Of a stretch of DNA of 22,261 bases, positions 1-7,769 are shown piece after piece (position 1 is the stretch's first letter; each line of letters begins with the position of its first letter). The stretch covers positions 1 to 22,261 of the forward strand of contig JBKGZT010000020.1 in assembly GCA_046543235.1 (NCBI GenBank), in the 5' to 3' direction. A program made the translations under genes and the position numbers. The stretch comes from Candidatus Acetothermia bacterium. GTDB taxonomy: Bacteria; Bipolaricaulota; Bipolaricaulia; M55B111. The notes under the pieces are model-generated. The model made no database searches and was not told where the DNA came from. It was given only the letters and a program-made list of their open reading frames with translations.

Positions 1-23
1 CTTTCTCCCCCGGTGGGAGAAAG
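1..23. terminator. Perfect 9-bp hairpin, possible terminator downstream of the symporter gene
   Basis: CTTTCTCCC (1-9) / GGGAGAAAG (15-23) with 5-nt loop, about 50 bp past the symporter stop. Any minus-strand U-tract would lie outside the window. Confidence 0.4.
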
Positions 24-72
24 AAAGAATGAGGGGGAAGATAAAAACGGCAAACAGACTTTTTCCTGACAA

Positions 73-1548
73 TTATTCGTTGCCGGAATCGGCCCCGGAG
101 ACTTCCTCCATCCTCCGGTCAACGTAATCCACGAATTCTTCTGACTTTTCCGGCGGTGCCGTCAGCCAGCTAACCGTTATAAACAGAAAGACCGTAAGGA
201 TAAAGCCCCAGACGGAGGGCCACCAGCCAAACGGCTTCAGATTGCTTACGTAAAGAAGTCCGGTAAAGATACCCCCAAGAGTCATGGACGTCACTGCACC
301 GGGACCGGTACCTCCTTTCCAGAAAAACGCACCTATCAGAGGAGGGGCAGTAACCAATAAACCTCCCGAAGCCATACTGGAGAGAACGGCTATAAGCCCC
401 GGCCTCAACCAGGCGAACAATACGAATACGGCGATTAAAAAGGGTATAGCAAGCTTGCCGGAGCGAAGCTGGGTCCCTTCTTTGACCTCCGGAAAAAGGT
501 TCCGAATAACGTCTCTGGAAATGGAAGAGCTCAACGTAAGCGTAATTGATCCCAGGGTTGAGGTTGCGGCAGCAAATATCCCTAGAAATATGATTAGCCC
601 TAACGGCAACGGGACCTTCGTCAAAAGAACGGACATCGCTTTATCCGCGTTCTCCAGCTCGGGTAACAAACTTGCGGCCTGAAAGCCGAAGAGGGTGCTA
701 ATAATAGTATAAACAAAGCCAAAGACAGAAAAGTAGATTATCATCCTCTTCAGACTTGAGAGATTATCCGGTACCAGCATTCTTTGGGACACCTGGGGGT
801 TGGTCAGGGCAAAGAAAGCCCACGGCAGGGCCAAACCTATAAATAGCTTCGGATCCCATGTAAGCTCGAGTAACTCCGGGTTTTCTACGGTTATAGTGCG
901 AAAAAAATTGCCGGGAGATCCAAAAAACCTGAAAAACACGTAAAAGAGGGCAAAAAGCGACGTTGTAAGCATGGTAATCGCCTGAAAGGCATCCGTCCAT
1001 GAGACGGAACGCATGCCGGCCCAGATGGCGGAGACACCCGCAAACCCCGCCATGACGAACACGCCTGCCATATAAGGGATATCCCCGCCGGTCAGTCCCT
1101 CCACCAGAAACCCTATTCCCATCAACTGTACTGCACCGTAAGGTACCAGCATAACGAGAAAGATGAGGGAGGCCACTATCCCCGCCCAGGTAGTTTCGTA
1201 CCGGCTTGAAAGCAACTCGGCCGGGGTAAGGAAGTTGTATTTATTCCCTGCAAGCCAGAAACGAGGAGCAAAAACGGAAAGCAACAGGACGGTAAACATA
1301 AGGTACGTCATCTCGAACCCCAGCGCCCCTACTCCCGATTCGTACGTGAGGCCGACGAGACCTACCAGCATAAAAGCACTATAGGTCGTGGCGCTATAGC
1401 TCATCCCGGAGACGAAACCCCCCAGCCTCCTCCCCCCAAGGAAGTACTCCCGGACACCTTCACCCAGCCCACGCCGGGCCATATAGGCTATCCCCAGGGC
1501 AATGGACATCCACACGAAGAGCGAAACCCATACGTAAAAAGGGTTCAT
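73..1548 (-). CDS. Sodium:solute symporter (SSS/SLC5 family, PanF/PutP-like), substrate unknown
   Basis: 491 aa, highly hydrophobic, with SSS-type motifs 'EYFLGGR', 'SATTYSAF', 'GMRSVSWTDAFQ', 'PQVSQR' and 'AAATSTLGS'. Confidence 0.9.
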   Translation of the reverse strand: MNPFYVWVSLFVWMSIALGIAYMARRGLGEGVREYFLGGRRLGGFVSGMSYSATTYSAFMLVGLVGLTYESGVGALGFEMTYLMFTVLLLSVFAPRFWLAGNKYNFLTPAELLSSRYETTWAGIVASLIFLVMLVPYGAVQLMGIGFLVEGLTGGDIPYMAGVFVMAGFAGVSAIWAGMRSVSWTDAFQAITMLTTSLFALFYVFFRFFGSPGNFFRTITVENPELLELTWDPKLFIGLALPWAFFALTNPQVSQRMLVPDNLSSLKRMIIYFSVFGFVYTIISTLFGFQAASLLPELENADKAMSVLLTKVPLPLGLIIFLGIFAAATSTLGSITLTLSSSISRDVIRNLFPEVKEGTQLRSGKLAIPFLIAVFVLFAWLRPGLIAVLSSMASGGLLVTAPPLIGAFFWKGGTGPGAVTSMTLGGIFTGLLYVSNLKPFGWWPSVWGFILTVFLFITVSWLTAPPEKSEEFVDYVDRRMEEVSGADSGNE

Positions 1549-1730
1549 CCTCCACCACCCCAGGTATTCCTTATATAGAAAGAACCCGTAACTATCGTGA
1601 CAAGTGTCAGGAAACTCCAGAAGAAGAAACTTCCCCAGAAGCTGGAGACATCCGTTAACAGATAAAACGGAACCAGAAAATCCAGGAAGGCAAGCAAAAT
1701 AAAGACGAGGAAAAACTTCAAACCACTCAT
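1545..1730 (-). CDS. Small two-helix membrane protein, probable accessory subunit of the SSS transporter
   Basis: 61 aa with two hydrophobic segments. ATGA overlap (1545-1548) with the symporter start. Small membrane genes commonly precede SSS genes. Confidence 0.8.
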   Translation of the reverse strand: MSGLKFFLVFILLAFLDFLVPFYLLTDVSSFWGSFFFWSFLTLVTIVTGSFYIRNTWGGGG

Positions 1731-1911
1731 ATAACCACCAGTTGGACCCCCTAAACCTTCTCCAGGTTACGAAGTCCGGGGAGACTAAATCGGAACCGGG
1801 AGGTACGCCAGCTCCACATCAAGGCGAGCCTGGATAAAGTCCGGAAAAAGAAAGTTCGGCGGGCCTCCTTCTATTCCAGTAACTCCGTGAGGGAATACAA
1901 ATGCATCTGGA

Positions 1912-3123
1912 TCAGGAAACCTCCTCGACGGCACTCCCGATCCTCTCCAGCCCTTCCTGAAGAATGCTTCGCGGGCAGGCAAAGTTCAGCCGCAGGAAAC
2001 CTTCTCCACCTGGTCCAAACCAATGACCAAAATCCAGACCTACCCGGGCCTCTTCTAAAATTAGCTTCTCTAGTTCCTCGGAGCTTAGACCAAGTTTCCG
2101 AAAGTCCATCCACAATAACGTAGTGCCTTCAGGTTCGATCGTCCTTATATCGGGGGTTTCCCGTTCAAAGAAACTAATACTGTAGTCCCGGTTTTTTTTC
2201 AGGTACTCGAGCTGGTCCTCTAACCATTCCTTTCCGTTCCTGTAGCCCGCGCTCATCGCTTCTAGACCAAAAACGCTCGGTCCTTTCAAGAGCTTCTCGC
2301 TAGCCCGTTTAAACCTCGTTCTCGTCTTTTCGTCCGGTATTATAGCAACCGAGGCAGGTAAACCGGCAGTGTTAAAAGCCTTGCTGGGTGAAGTCAAAGT
2401 AATCGAGTTTCTTGCGAAATCTTCGGACAGAGAAGCAAATGCCACGTACTCGTTTTTATCGTAAACAAATTCGGAGTGGATGTCGTCCGAAACGACTAGA
2501 ATATCGTTTTCAAGGCAGATCCGCCCCAGCTTCCTTAGTTCCTCTTCCTTCCACACCCGGCCAACCGGGTTATGGGGGTTGCATAAAACCATTGTAGTTG
2601 GCGTCGGCTCAGTCGGAAAAGTAACGTCCCCGGGTTGACAGAGGTTTTTAAGGTCGGGGAAATTCATGGAATAAACATCCCCGTTCAGCTGTAACTGGTT
2701 GGTCAGTATTTGGCTCCCGCTATATCGGACCGAAGTGAAAAAGGGATAATAAACAGGGGGCTGTAGTATCACCCCATCGCCCTGATCCGTCAGGTTCCCG
2801 ATTATTACCCGGAGTGAGGGGACTACACCGTTGCCGTAAACAATCCACTCCGGTTCTATCGACCAACCATGTCTATCTTCAAACCAATCTACAATCAACC
2901 GATCAGTTTCTTCATCCGTGCTCGTATAGCCAAATACCCCGTGTTTAGCACGTTCAACGATCGCATCGATAATCGGCTGGGCGGTCTGCCAGTCCGAATC
3001 CGCAACCCACATGGGCAGTACGTCTGATCTGCCGAAGACCTCCTCTCGGTTGTCCCACTTGACCGACCTGGTCCCCGTGCGATCAACCCGATCGTCAAAT
3101 TTTTCGGACCTTCTCTCTTGCAT
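1912..3123 (-). CDS. MalY/PatB-family PLP-dependent C-S lyase (cystathionine beta-lyase-like)
   Basis: Motifs 'SVKWD', 'LPMWVAD', 'HGVFGY', 'CNPHNPVGRVW', 'SDDIH', PLP lysine in 'SPSKAFN', and 'FLRLNFACPR'. Start moved to the ATG at 3123 (GGTGA just upstream) instead of 3216. Confidence 0.9.
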   Translation of the reverse strand: MQERRSEKFDDRVDRTGTRSVKWDNREEVFGRSDVLPMWVADSDWQTAQPIIDAIVERAKHGVFGYTSTDEETDRLIVDWFEDRHGWSIEPEWIVYGNGVVPSLRVIIGNLTDQGDGVILQPPVYYPFFTSVRYSGSQILTNQLQLNGDVYSMNFPDLKNLCQPGDVTFPTEPTPTTMVLCNPHNPVGRVWKEEELRKLGRICLENDILVVSDDIHSEFVYDKNEYVAFASLSEDFARNSITLTSPSKAFNTAGLPASVAIIPDEKTRTRFKRASEKLLKGPSVFGLEAMSAGYRNGKEWLEDQLEYLKKNRDYSISFFERETPDIRTIEPEGTTLLWMDFRKLGLSSEELEKLILEEARVGLDFGHWFGPGGEGFLRLNFACPRSILQEGLERIGSAVEEVS

Positions 3124-3268
3124 AAAGTTCACCGGTAAGTCAAGTATCCCTTCCAAACGATTTACGATAGTTGATCGAGGTCTTACCCGAGTACCCTCGA
3201 GAGATCGCAAAAACAACTTAAAGCTCCGAAGAGAACTGGCTCCTGAAACTAGGAGGGCTTACGCTCCC

Positions 3269-3691
3269 TCAATCCCCATAGGTTTCCCCACGGAGCTTCT
3301 CACCTATTTCTCCTAGGTCCTCCTGTACGGAACCTTCGACGATGGAGTGTAAAGATCCACCACCGTCTCCCCGATAGCGAGGTATGAGGTGAACGTGGAC
3401 GTGAGGGATGGCCTGGCCGGCTGCCTCACCGTCATTGATCCCGATGTTGGCGCCGTCCGCCCCCAGACCGGATACGATCGCACCATTAACCTCCTTAACA
3501 ACGGCAAACATTCCCGTAGCTACCTCCTCCGTCAGGTCAGAAAACCTTTCGAAATGCTCCTTGGGAACGACGACCGCATGGCCATCGGCTATCGGGTTCG
3601 CGTCCAGGAACCCGACCGCGTAGTCGTTTTCAAAAACGATCTCGGCATCAATTTCCCCTTCCGCGATTCCACAGAATACACAATCAACCAT
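3269..3691 (-). CDS. HIT-family (Hint-like) nucleotide hydrolase
   Basis: N-terminal 'CVFC', 'GHAVVVPKEH', and histidine triad 'AGQAIPHVHVHLI'. ATG at 3691 preceded by GGTGA. Confidence 0.92.
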   Translation of the reverse strand: MVDCVFCGIAEGEIDAEIVFENDYAVGFLDANPIADGHAVVVPKEHFERFSDLTEEVATGMFAVVKEVNGAIVSGLGADGANIGINDGEAAGQAIPHVHVHLIPRYRGDGGGSLHSIVEGSVQEDLGEIGEKLRGETYGD

Positions 3692-3720
3692 GAAAATCAC
3701 CCACCTACTTTTTACTGGTC

Positions 3721-4920
3721 CTAGAGAACCATTCTTCCAAACTTCTTCTTACCCACCTGTAGAACCTTGCCTTCCTCAACTTTGGGATCGAAATCCACTG
3801 TCGTCACCTTCTCCCCGTTTAGAGTCACTCCTCCCTGATCTATTAACCTCCTCGCCTCCGATCTGCTGGAAACAAAACCGGAAAGCTCGAGGAGATCGAT
3901 GATCCAGATCGTCCCGTCCTCCTTGATTTCTTCCTCCGGGACCTGGATTTCCTCCAGGTCCTCGGGTACTTCGTTCTGCTCGAAGACGTGTTCGAATTCT
4001 TCCTCGGCATGGGTTGCCTCCACGTCGGAGTAAATGTTGCCCACGATCTCCCGAGCAAGCCTCTTCTTCTTCTCCTTTGGATGCATATCCTCTACTTCCT
4101 CGTGGGAGACGTCTGTCAAAAGTTCGTAGTACTCCTCCATCGTCTCGTCGGTAATCGACATCAACTTCCCGTAGATGGTCTCCGGCTCCTCGTTGATCCC
4201 GATATAGTTTCCCCTGGTCTGGCTCATCGCCCTGCTCCCGTCAGTTCCAGTCAAGAGCGGGACTGTCATGACGATCTGAGGGTCCTGGTCGAACTCGCGC
4301 TGGATGTGTCTACCGACGAACAGGTTAAACCGCTGATCGGACCCCCCTATTTCGATATCCGCGTCGACGGCTACTGAATCGTAGGCCTGGGCCAGGGGAT
4401 ATAGGAATTCCAGTATCGAGATCGGTTTGTTCGATTCGTACCTCTTGGCAAAATCGTCCCGCTCCAGCATACGCGCCACAGTATACTTCGAGGTAAGCTC
4501 AATTATATCATCGAAACCCAGCTTTCCGAGCCACTCGGAATTGTAGCGAAACTCCGTCTTCTCGGGATCGAGGATACGAAATACCTGTCGCTCGTAGTCC
4601 TTCATGTTTTCCTCGATCTCTTTCGCTCCCATTATTTCCCGGGTTTTCGTCCTGCCCGAAGGGTCGCCAATCCTCCTAGTAAAATCCCCAACAACCATCA
4701 CGGCCTTATGTCCGAGATCCTGCAGCTGGCGAAGCTTACGCAAAACGACCGCGTGACCGAGAGTCAAGTCGGGAGATGAGGGATCGACACCAAGCTTAAC
4801 CCTCAAAGGTCGCCCTTCCTCCTCTGCCTTTTTTAATTTCTCACCAAGCTCTTCCTCCGGAACCAGGTCATCAGTCCCGGATTTTATTTTTTCTATCTCT
4901 TCCCGAAACCCTTCTTCCAT
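3721..4920 (-). CDS. tyrS: Tyrosine--tRNA ligase (TyrZ/Thermus-like type with C-terminal S4 domain)
   Basis: 'VKLGVDPSSPDLTLGH', 'IGDPSGR', 'MLERDDF', 'FLYPLAQAYDS', 'GGSDQRFN', S4 region 'SRSEARRLIDQGGV...VGKKKF'. GGAGG RBS upstream. Confidence 0.95.
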   Translation of the reverse strand: MEEGFREEIEKIKSGTDDLVPEEELGEKLKKAEEEGRPLRVKLGVDPSSPDLTLGHAVVLRKLRQLQDLGHKAVMVVGDFTRRIGDPSGRTKTREIMGAKEIEENMKDYERQVFRILDPEKTEFRYNSEWLGKLGFDDIIELTSKYTVARMLERDDFAKRYESNKPISILEFLYPLAQAYDSVAVDADIEIGGSDQRFNLFVGRHIQREFDQDPQIVMTVPLLTGTDGSRAMSQTRGNYIGINEEPETIYGKLMSITDETMEEYYELLTDVSHEEVEDMHPKEKKKRLAREIVGNIYSDVEATHAEEEFEHVFEQNEVPEDLEEIQVPEEEIKEDGTIWIIDLLELSGFVSSRSEARRLIDQGGVTLNGEKVTTVDFDPKVEEGKVLQVGKKKFGRMVL

Positions 4921-4984
4921 TCGGTAAAACCTCCATTAAGCGTCTTGTAAGAAATTGCAAGCTTTTTAACAACGAGACGGCCAG

Positions 4985-5010
4985 AAAAAAACCCGAGCAC
5001 CCTTCGGGTT
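4985..5010 (-). terminator. Intrinsic terminator after gyrA
   Basis: Minus strand reads AACCCGA-AGGGTGC-TCGGGTT running into a T tract, 8 bp after the gyrA stop. Confidence 0.8.
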
Positions 5011-5018
5011 CTAGTAAT

Positions 5019-7424
5019 CTAAATCACTGTAACAGAAGAAATCAAATCGAATTCACCCAGCTCCATCAACTTTACTCCCCGGGCATATCGCTGGAACTGA
5101 CTGATGTCGTCTATGCTTAACCTGATTGCCTGTCCTCCTTCGCTATAAAGCATTACCTCCTCTCCCCGTTCCAGCAGCTTGACTTCCCGCAGGCCGTCGT
5201 CCTCTTCGAGCTTTATTCCAAGATTTCCCTTGCCCGACCTCTGCTGAGAGCTGAACTCGCTCAATGGAACCTTTTTACCTTTCCCCGTCTCAGTAACGAA
5301 AAGCAGCATCGGATCCCTTTCGATGCTTTTCGGGCTTACCGACTCGACGCTTACCACCTGATCTCCGGGGTCCAGGCTCATCCCCTTCACCCCTTTCGAA
5401 GGCCGCTGGGTAGTCCGGGCTTCCTCTTCGGAGAACCTGATCACCTGCCCCTCCCGGCTTGCCATGATGATCTCGCCTCCGCCATGGCTCAGGTCGGCGG
5501 AGCTAATGGAGTCTCCTTTTTCCGTCTTTAAACTACGAATGCCGCTAATGTGCGCGGAAGAGAAGTTCTCCATCGGGTTTTTTACCAGGAAACCGCCCTT
5601 CGTGCCTATCAGGCAGAATCCGTCGTTTCGCAGCTCTTCCCCTTCGACGTTTAGTATCTCATTTACGACCTCGTCATCAGATAGGTCGAGTATTCCGGCC
5701 AACCTTTCTCCTCTGGAATCCCTCCGGGAGGTTGGGAGTCTATAAGTCTTGACCTTGTAAATCTTTTCCTGGTCAGTAAATACGAGAGTTTCGTTCCGGG
5801 AGTTACCACTTGCCGCGACGGTAATCCTATCGTCTTCTTCAAGATCCATACAGATTACGCCTTTGCCGGCCCGGTTTTGCGTCTTGTACCCGCTCCTCTT
5901 TGGAGCATTTACGTATCCGTTTTCCGTTACCTGGACAACCACGCTGTGATCCGGAATTAGCTTCTCCGCATCCACTTCTTCGACCTTCTCGGTTATCAGG
6001 CTTCGTCTCTCGTCGCCGTACTCTTCCTTTATTTCCCTCAGTTCGTCCTTGATGATTTCATCCAGCTTCAGCGTCGAGGAGAGGATTTCTCTGTATTCTT
6101 CTATGTACTCCCTCTTTTCCTCCAGCTCGTTCTCTACTTTTTCTCTTTCAAGGCTCGTCAGTCGGCCAAGCTGGGTTTTCAGGATAGCATTCGCCTGCTC
6201 TTCTGAAAAGGAGAACCTCTCGATCAGGTTTTCCCTCGCCTCGTCCCTGGTCTCCGCGTCCCTGATAAGCTTTATAATTAGATCCGTGCTGTCCAGGGCT
6301 ACCTGTAGACCCTCGAGTATGTGGGCCCGGCTCTCTGCCTTTTCCAGCCTGTATTCGGTCCTTCTCTCCACAACCGACCGCCTGAAGTCTATAAAGGCGT
6401 TGAGGATCTCTTTCAGGGATAATCTGCGCGGGTTCCCGTCGACGATTACCGTCATGTTGGCACCGTAGGTCTTTTCCAGTGGGGTATACTTGAATAGTCG
6501 GTTCAAGACGACCTCCGGTTCGGTACCCCGCTTCAACTTAATAACCACCCGGAGTCCTTCCCGATCCGACTCGTCCCTGACGTCGGTGATTCCTTCAATG
6601 GTTTCGTCTTTGGCCTTCTCGGCGATCCTCTCGATGATAGTTGACTTCTTTATCTGGAAAGGAATCTCGGTAACGACTATGTTGTTCCCCTCGATATGGG
6701 TTTTGGCCCTCATCCGAACCCGACCCTTTCCGGAACGATAGGCTTCTTTTATCCCTTCCCTACCCAGTATTATGGCGCCGGTCGGGAAATCCGGTCCCTT
6801 TATATACTTCATCAGCTCGTCCAGAGAGGCCTCCGGGTTGTCAATAAGGAAAATCAACCCTTCCACCAGCTCTGTCAGGTTATGCGGCGGGACCTTGGTC
6901 GTCATTCCCACCGAAATACCCCACGCCCCGTTGAGAAGTAGCCCGGGCACCTTAGCAGGCAGTATAGTTGGTTCTTCGAGGGAATCGTCAAAGTTCGGGG
7001 TAAAATCGACCGTATCCTCGTCGAGTTCCTCCAGGAACGACTCGCTAATAGGGGATAACCTGGCTTCGGTATACCTCATCGCCGCAGGTGAATCCCCGTC
7101 AATTGAACCGAAGTTCCCCTGGCCGTCTATCAGCGGATAACGGAAGGAAAACTCCTGGGCCATGTTCACCATCGTATCGTATACGGCAATATCGCCGTGC
7201 GGGTGGTACTTACCCAGCACCTCACCGACTATTCTTGCCGATTTTTTCGGAGCTCCGTCCGAATATAGCCCCAACTCGTCCAGGGCGTATAGAATCCGGC
7301 GCTGGGCGGGCTTCAAACCGTCCCTGACATCAGGTATGGCCCGACCTCGAATTACGCTCATGGCGTAGTTTATATACGACTCTTCCATCTCCTCTTCGAT
7401 GTAGGCGGTCTTCACTTCACTCAT
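5019..7424 (-). CDS. gyrA: DNA gyrase subunit A
   Basis: '[12 protein letters not shown]', 'GKYHPHGD', catalytic Tyr in 'AAMRYTEAR', 'GPDFPTG', C-terminal pinwheel repeats with GyrA-box-like QNRAGKG (5859-5879). AAGGAG RBS. Confidence 0.9.
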   Translation of the reverse strand: MSEVKTAYIEEEMEESYINYAMSVIRGRAIPDVRDGLKPAQRRILYALDELGLYSDGAPKKSARIVGEVLGKYHPHGDIAVYDTMVNMAQEFSFRYPLIDGQGNFGSIDGDSPAAMRYTEARLSPISESFLEELDEDTVDFTPNFDDSLEEPTILPAKVPGLLLNGAWGISVGMTTKVPPHNLTELVEGLIFLIDNPEASLDELMKYIKGPDFPTGAIILGREGIKEAYRSGKGRVRMRAKTHIEGNNIVVTEIPFQIKKSTIIERIAEKAKDETIEGITDVRDESDREGLRVVIKLKRGTEPEVVLNRLFKYTPLEKTYGANMTVIVDGNPRRLSLKEILNAFIDFRRSVVERRTEYRLEKAESRAHILEGLQVALDSTDLIIKLIRDAETRDEARENLIERFSFSEEQANAILKTQLGRLTSLEREKVENELEEKREYIEEYREILSSTLKLDEIIKDELREIKEEYGDERRSLITEKVEEVDAEKLIPDHSVVVQVTENGYVNAPKRSGYKTQNRAGKGVICMDLEEDDRITVAASGNSRNETLVFTDQEKIYKVKTYRLPTSRRDSRGERLAGILDLSDDEVVNEILNVEGEELRNDGFCLIGTKGGFLVKNPMENFSSAHISGIRSLKTEKGDSISSADLSHGGGEIIMASREGQVIRFSEEEARTTQRPSKGVKGMSLDPGDQVVSVESVSPKSIERDPMLLFVTETGKGKKVPLSEFSSQQRSGKGNLGIKLEEDDGLREVKLLERGEEVMLYSEGGQAIRLSIDDISQFQRYARGVKLMELGEFDLISSVTVI

Positions 7425-7456
7425 GGATTTTTCTCCTTTCTTGGTTGAATTGTTTA

Positions 7457-7485
7457 ATATTAGCTTTTTCGGGAGGATAACTCAA
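7457..7485 (-). promoter_or_regulatory. Sigma70-type promoter of gyrA
   Basis: Minus strand TTGAGT (7485-7480), 17 nt, TAATAT (7462-7457), 32 nt upstream of the ATG. Confidence 0.65.
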
Positions 7486-7541
7486 GGAAAATTAGTCCCA
7501 ATGGGATGTTAAGCGTATTTACAGGGGGCCTCAGATCTTCA

Positions 7542-7711
7542 CTCAGATCTTTCACCTCTACCGATAAACCTGATTACCGGCTGAGAAAGTTCTGGAGAGG
7601 TCCGCATACCCCTGACAGAGCGTTAGCGAAGGAATTTGAGGAACCGAGCCAAAGCTTTCTCAGCCGGTAAGTCCTGTCGTAATCAGGATTAACCGTGGTG
7701 AAAGAATTGAG
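7542..7711. mobile_element. 170-bp fold-back element, MITE-like (alternatively a structured ncRNA)
   Basis: Terminal IR CTCAGATCTTTCACC (7542-7556) vs GGTGAAAGAATTGAG (7697-7711), 13/15 complementary. Internal perfect 16-bp IR 7574-7589/7655-7670 and 8-bp IR 7569-7576/7680-7687. CTTCA directly flanks both ends (7537-7541, 7712-7716). Confidence 0.5.
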
Positions 7712-7769
7712 CTTCACTAAAACTTAATTTAGAACCTCAAGCTCATAAGTAGCTGGGATGACCCTTGAT

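Noticed and set aside
1785..1982. 65-aa minus-strand ORF in the symporter leader
   Set aside because: Overlaps the MalY/PatB 3' end by about 70 bp, with no clear RBS and no recognisable features.
3124..3216. N-terminal extension of the MalY/PatB ORF to 3216
   Set aside because: Family similarity begins near 'KFDDRVDR', and the ATG at 3123 has an SD-like GGTGA.
3185..3270. Short hairpins between the HIT and MalY/PatB genes; ACCCGAGTACCCT resembles the gyrA terminator arm
   Set aside because: Stems are only 4-5 bp with no clear U-tract, and the similarity is too short to call a repeat family.
4921..5018. Possible T-box leader for tyrS
   Set aside because: The intergenic space is under 100 bp and has no TGGNACC T-box motif. 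The hairpin is better explained as the gyrA terminator.
7521..7636. TPP-riboswitch-like words on the + strand (CAGGGGGCC...GGCTGAGA...ATACCCCTGA...AGCGAAGGAA)
   Set aside because: J2/4 and P4/P5 cannot be formed properly, there is no downstream + strand gene, and the CTGAGA lies within the perfect 16-bp inverted repeat. A cmscan run would settle it.
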